DNA from: Fistulifera solaris
Taxonomy: Eukaryota
Assembly: GCA_030295235.1 (NCBI GenBank)
Contig: AP026143.1
Span: forward strand, 310,001-374,000
Length of the DNA: 64,000 bases
Direction: 5' to 3'
Below, piece by piece: positions 62,573 to 64,000 of this stretch. Below the pieces are notes generated by a model that was given only the letters and a program-made list of their open reading frames with translations, was not told the DNA's origin and made no database searches. A program made the translations under genes and the position numbers. Numbering within the stretch: position 1 is the first letter of the stretch; each line of letters begins with the position of its first letter.

Positions 62573-62906
62573 TAGATTGAGCGATAGGCGCCGATTTATT
62601 TCAATGCCCGAGGTCCGACGTGATGAAAGATTTGCAGATTGTAACGTCGGTCTTGACTATTTACTTCTTGTTGTTATCGTCGATCGTCGATTGCATTTCT
62701 CTCGAAGTCATCACGATCTTGATTACCTGGTAACGCGGCGCGCAAAAATCATCGAAATGGTGTAAGTGACGTCGTAAGCACGATCAAATACTGAACTTTC
62801 TGTCCCGTCATCCGCGAGATGGACCTGTTTTGTGGTTGTGGTACAAATTCTACGTACGTCAACGCGCCAGAATTGTTACGTGACATATGTACCACAAACC
62901 ACGTAG

Positions 62907-63350
<444 letters not shown>

Positions 63351-63400
63351 GCGTCTTGAGGATGCTTGGCTTTGATGCCGTTGCAGTTTACTGACTGTGC

Positions 63401-63426
63401 AAACCGGAGATTATAATCTCCACCCA
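63401..63426 (+). promoter_or_regulatory. Histone 3' stem-loop-like element (H4 copy 2)
   Basis: AAACC-GGAGAT-TATA-ATCTCC-ACCCA, with the stem starting 56 nt after the stop codon. Confidence 0.7.
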
Positions 63427-64000
63427 AACAAACAAAGCATTTGTCGGGTGTTTGAAAGAAGAACATTGGAGAAGTATTTCTATTTGTAGAACACTTGATA
63501 GTAGAATACGCTTTTGTCTTCTTATTCATCTATTCTTTATTTTATGATATTTTGATATCATCCGAACAGCCTTGAATCATTCTCGTCAACTGTGACGGCC
63601 GCTATCCATTATCATCGTCGTCATTGCTTTGCTATTCAACGAAACGAGCGAGCTCGAGTAACAATAAGGTGAAGGTTGTTTTGAGTTTCGAACGTCACGT
63701 TATCCCAACGCTTTCCTTTTACCGGCATAAGATCCAGTCACGCTCCTCTATGTACAAAACATGCGACTGAGATTATGAACATTTTTGTTGATACTCAGAG
63801 TAGCAAGATTTGAATTTTCAACGAAGCGTTTGCTAAATAGCGAACGTAAGCCTACTATGAAAGATACTACAGCTCGTCCGTTCCATGTCCTTGTTCCTTT
63901 TACGCGTGCTAACCTGCAAGCTAAGCAAAGGTTCTCGTTGGATCCATCGACCATCGACCCACAAAACAACTGAAATAGATTCGAAAAGTGAAATAAAGTC

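Overview
Eukaryotic nuclear DNA, most likely from a diatom. This is an inference from the gene-dense layout, short GT-AG introns, bipartite plastid presequences with an A/C-F cleavage motif, diatom-type cyclin, DUF6824 proteins and diatom-type histone sequences. About 30 protein genes can be supported: a glycosyltransferase, a cyclin, a PRXL2-like redoxin, importin-4, FolD, a lipase-fold surface protein, a fibrillin-like protein, a myosin, RPS15, DBP10, a chromo-chromo-JmjC protein, DEK-like, Sen54-like, a small COX7c-like protein, HIBCH-like, Hook, V-ATPase c'', thioredoxin-like, two DUF6824 proteins, a 2xRRM glycine-rich protein, UDP-glucuronate epimerase, a DMT transporter, a PPR protein, a SET/LSMT-like protein and a histone cluster (H4, H3, H2B, H4). 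Many conserved genes carry single-base frameshifts, often at homopolymers, which most likely are long-read consensus errors. Main non-coding signals: (1) a metazoan-style 3' histone stem-loop (6-bp stem, 4-nt loop, then ACCCA) behind H3 and both H4 genes, with a compensatory base-pair change; (2) a 570-bp non-autonomous hAT-like element with TIRs and a perfect 8-bp TSD; (3) an accessory island at about 8.7-14.0 kb with decaying MYND-finger paralogues and a palindrome-containing 52-bp tandem array; (4) a dispersed ~200-bp repeat with a GACTG-N4-6-CAGTC hairpin core; (5) a 759-nt last intron with an alternative C-terminus in the RRM gene.
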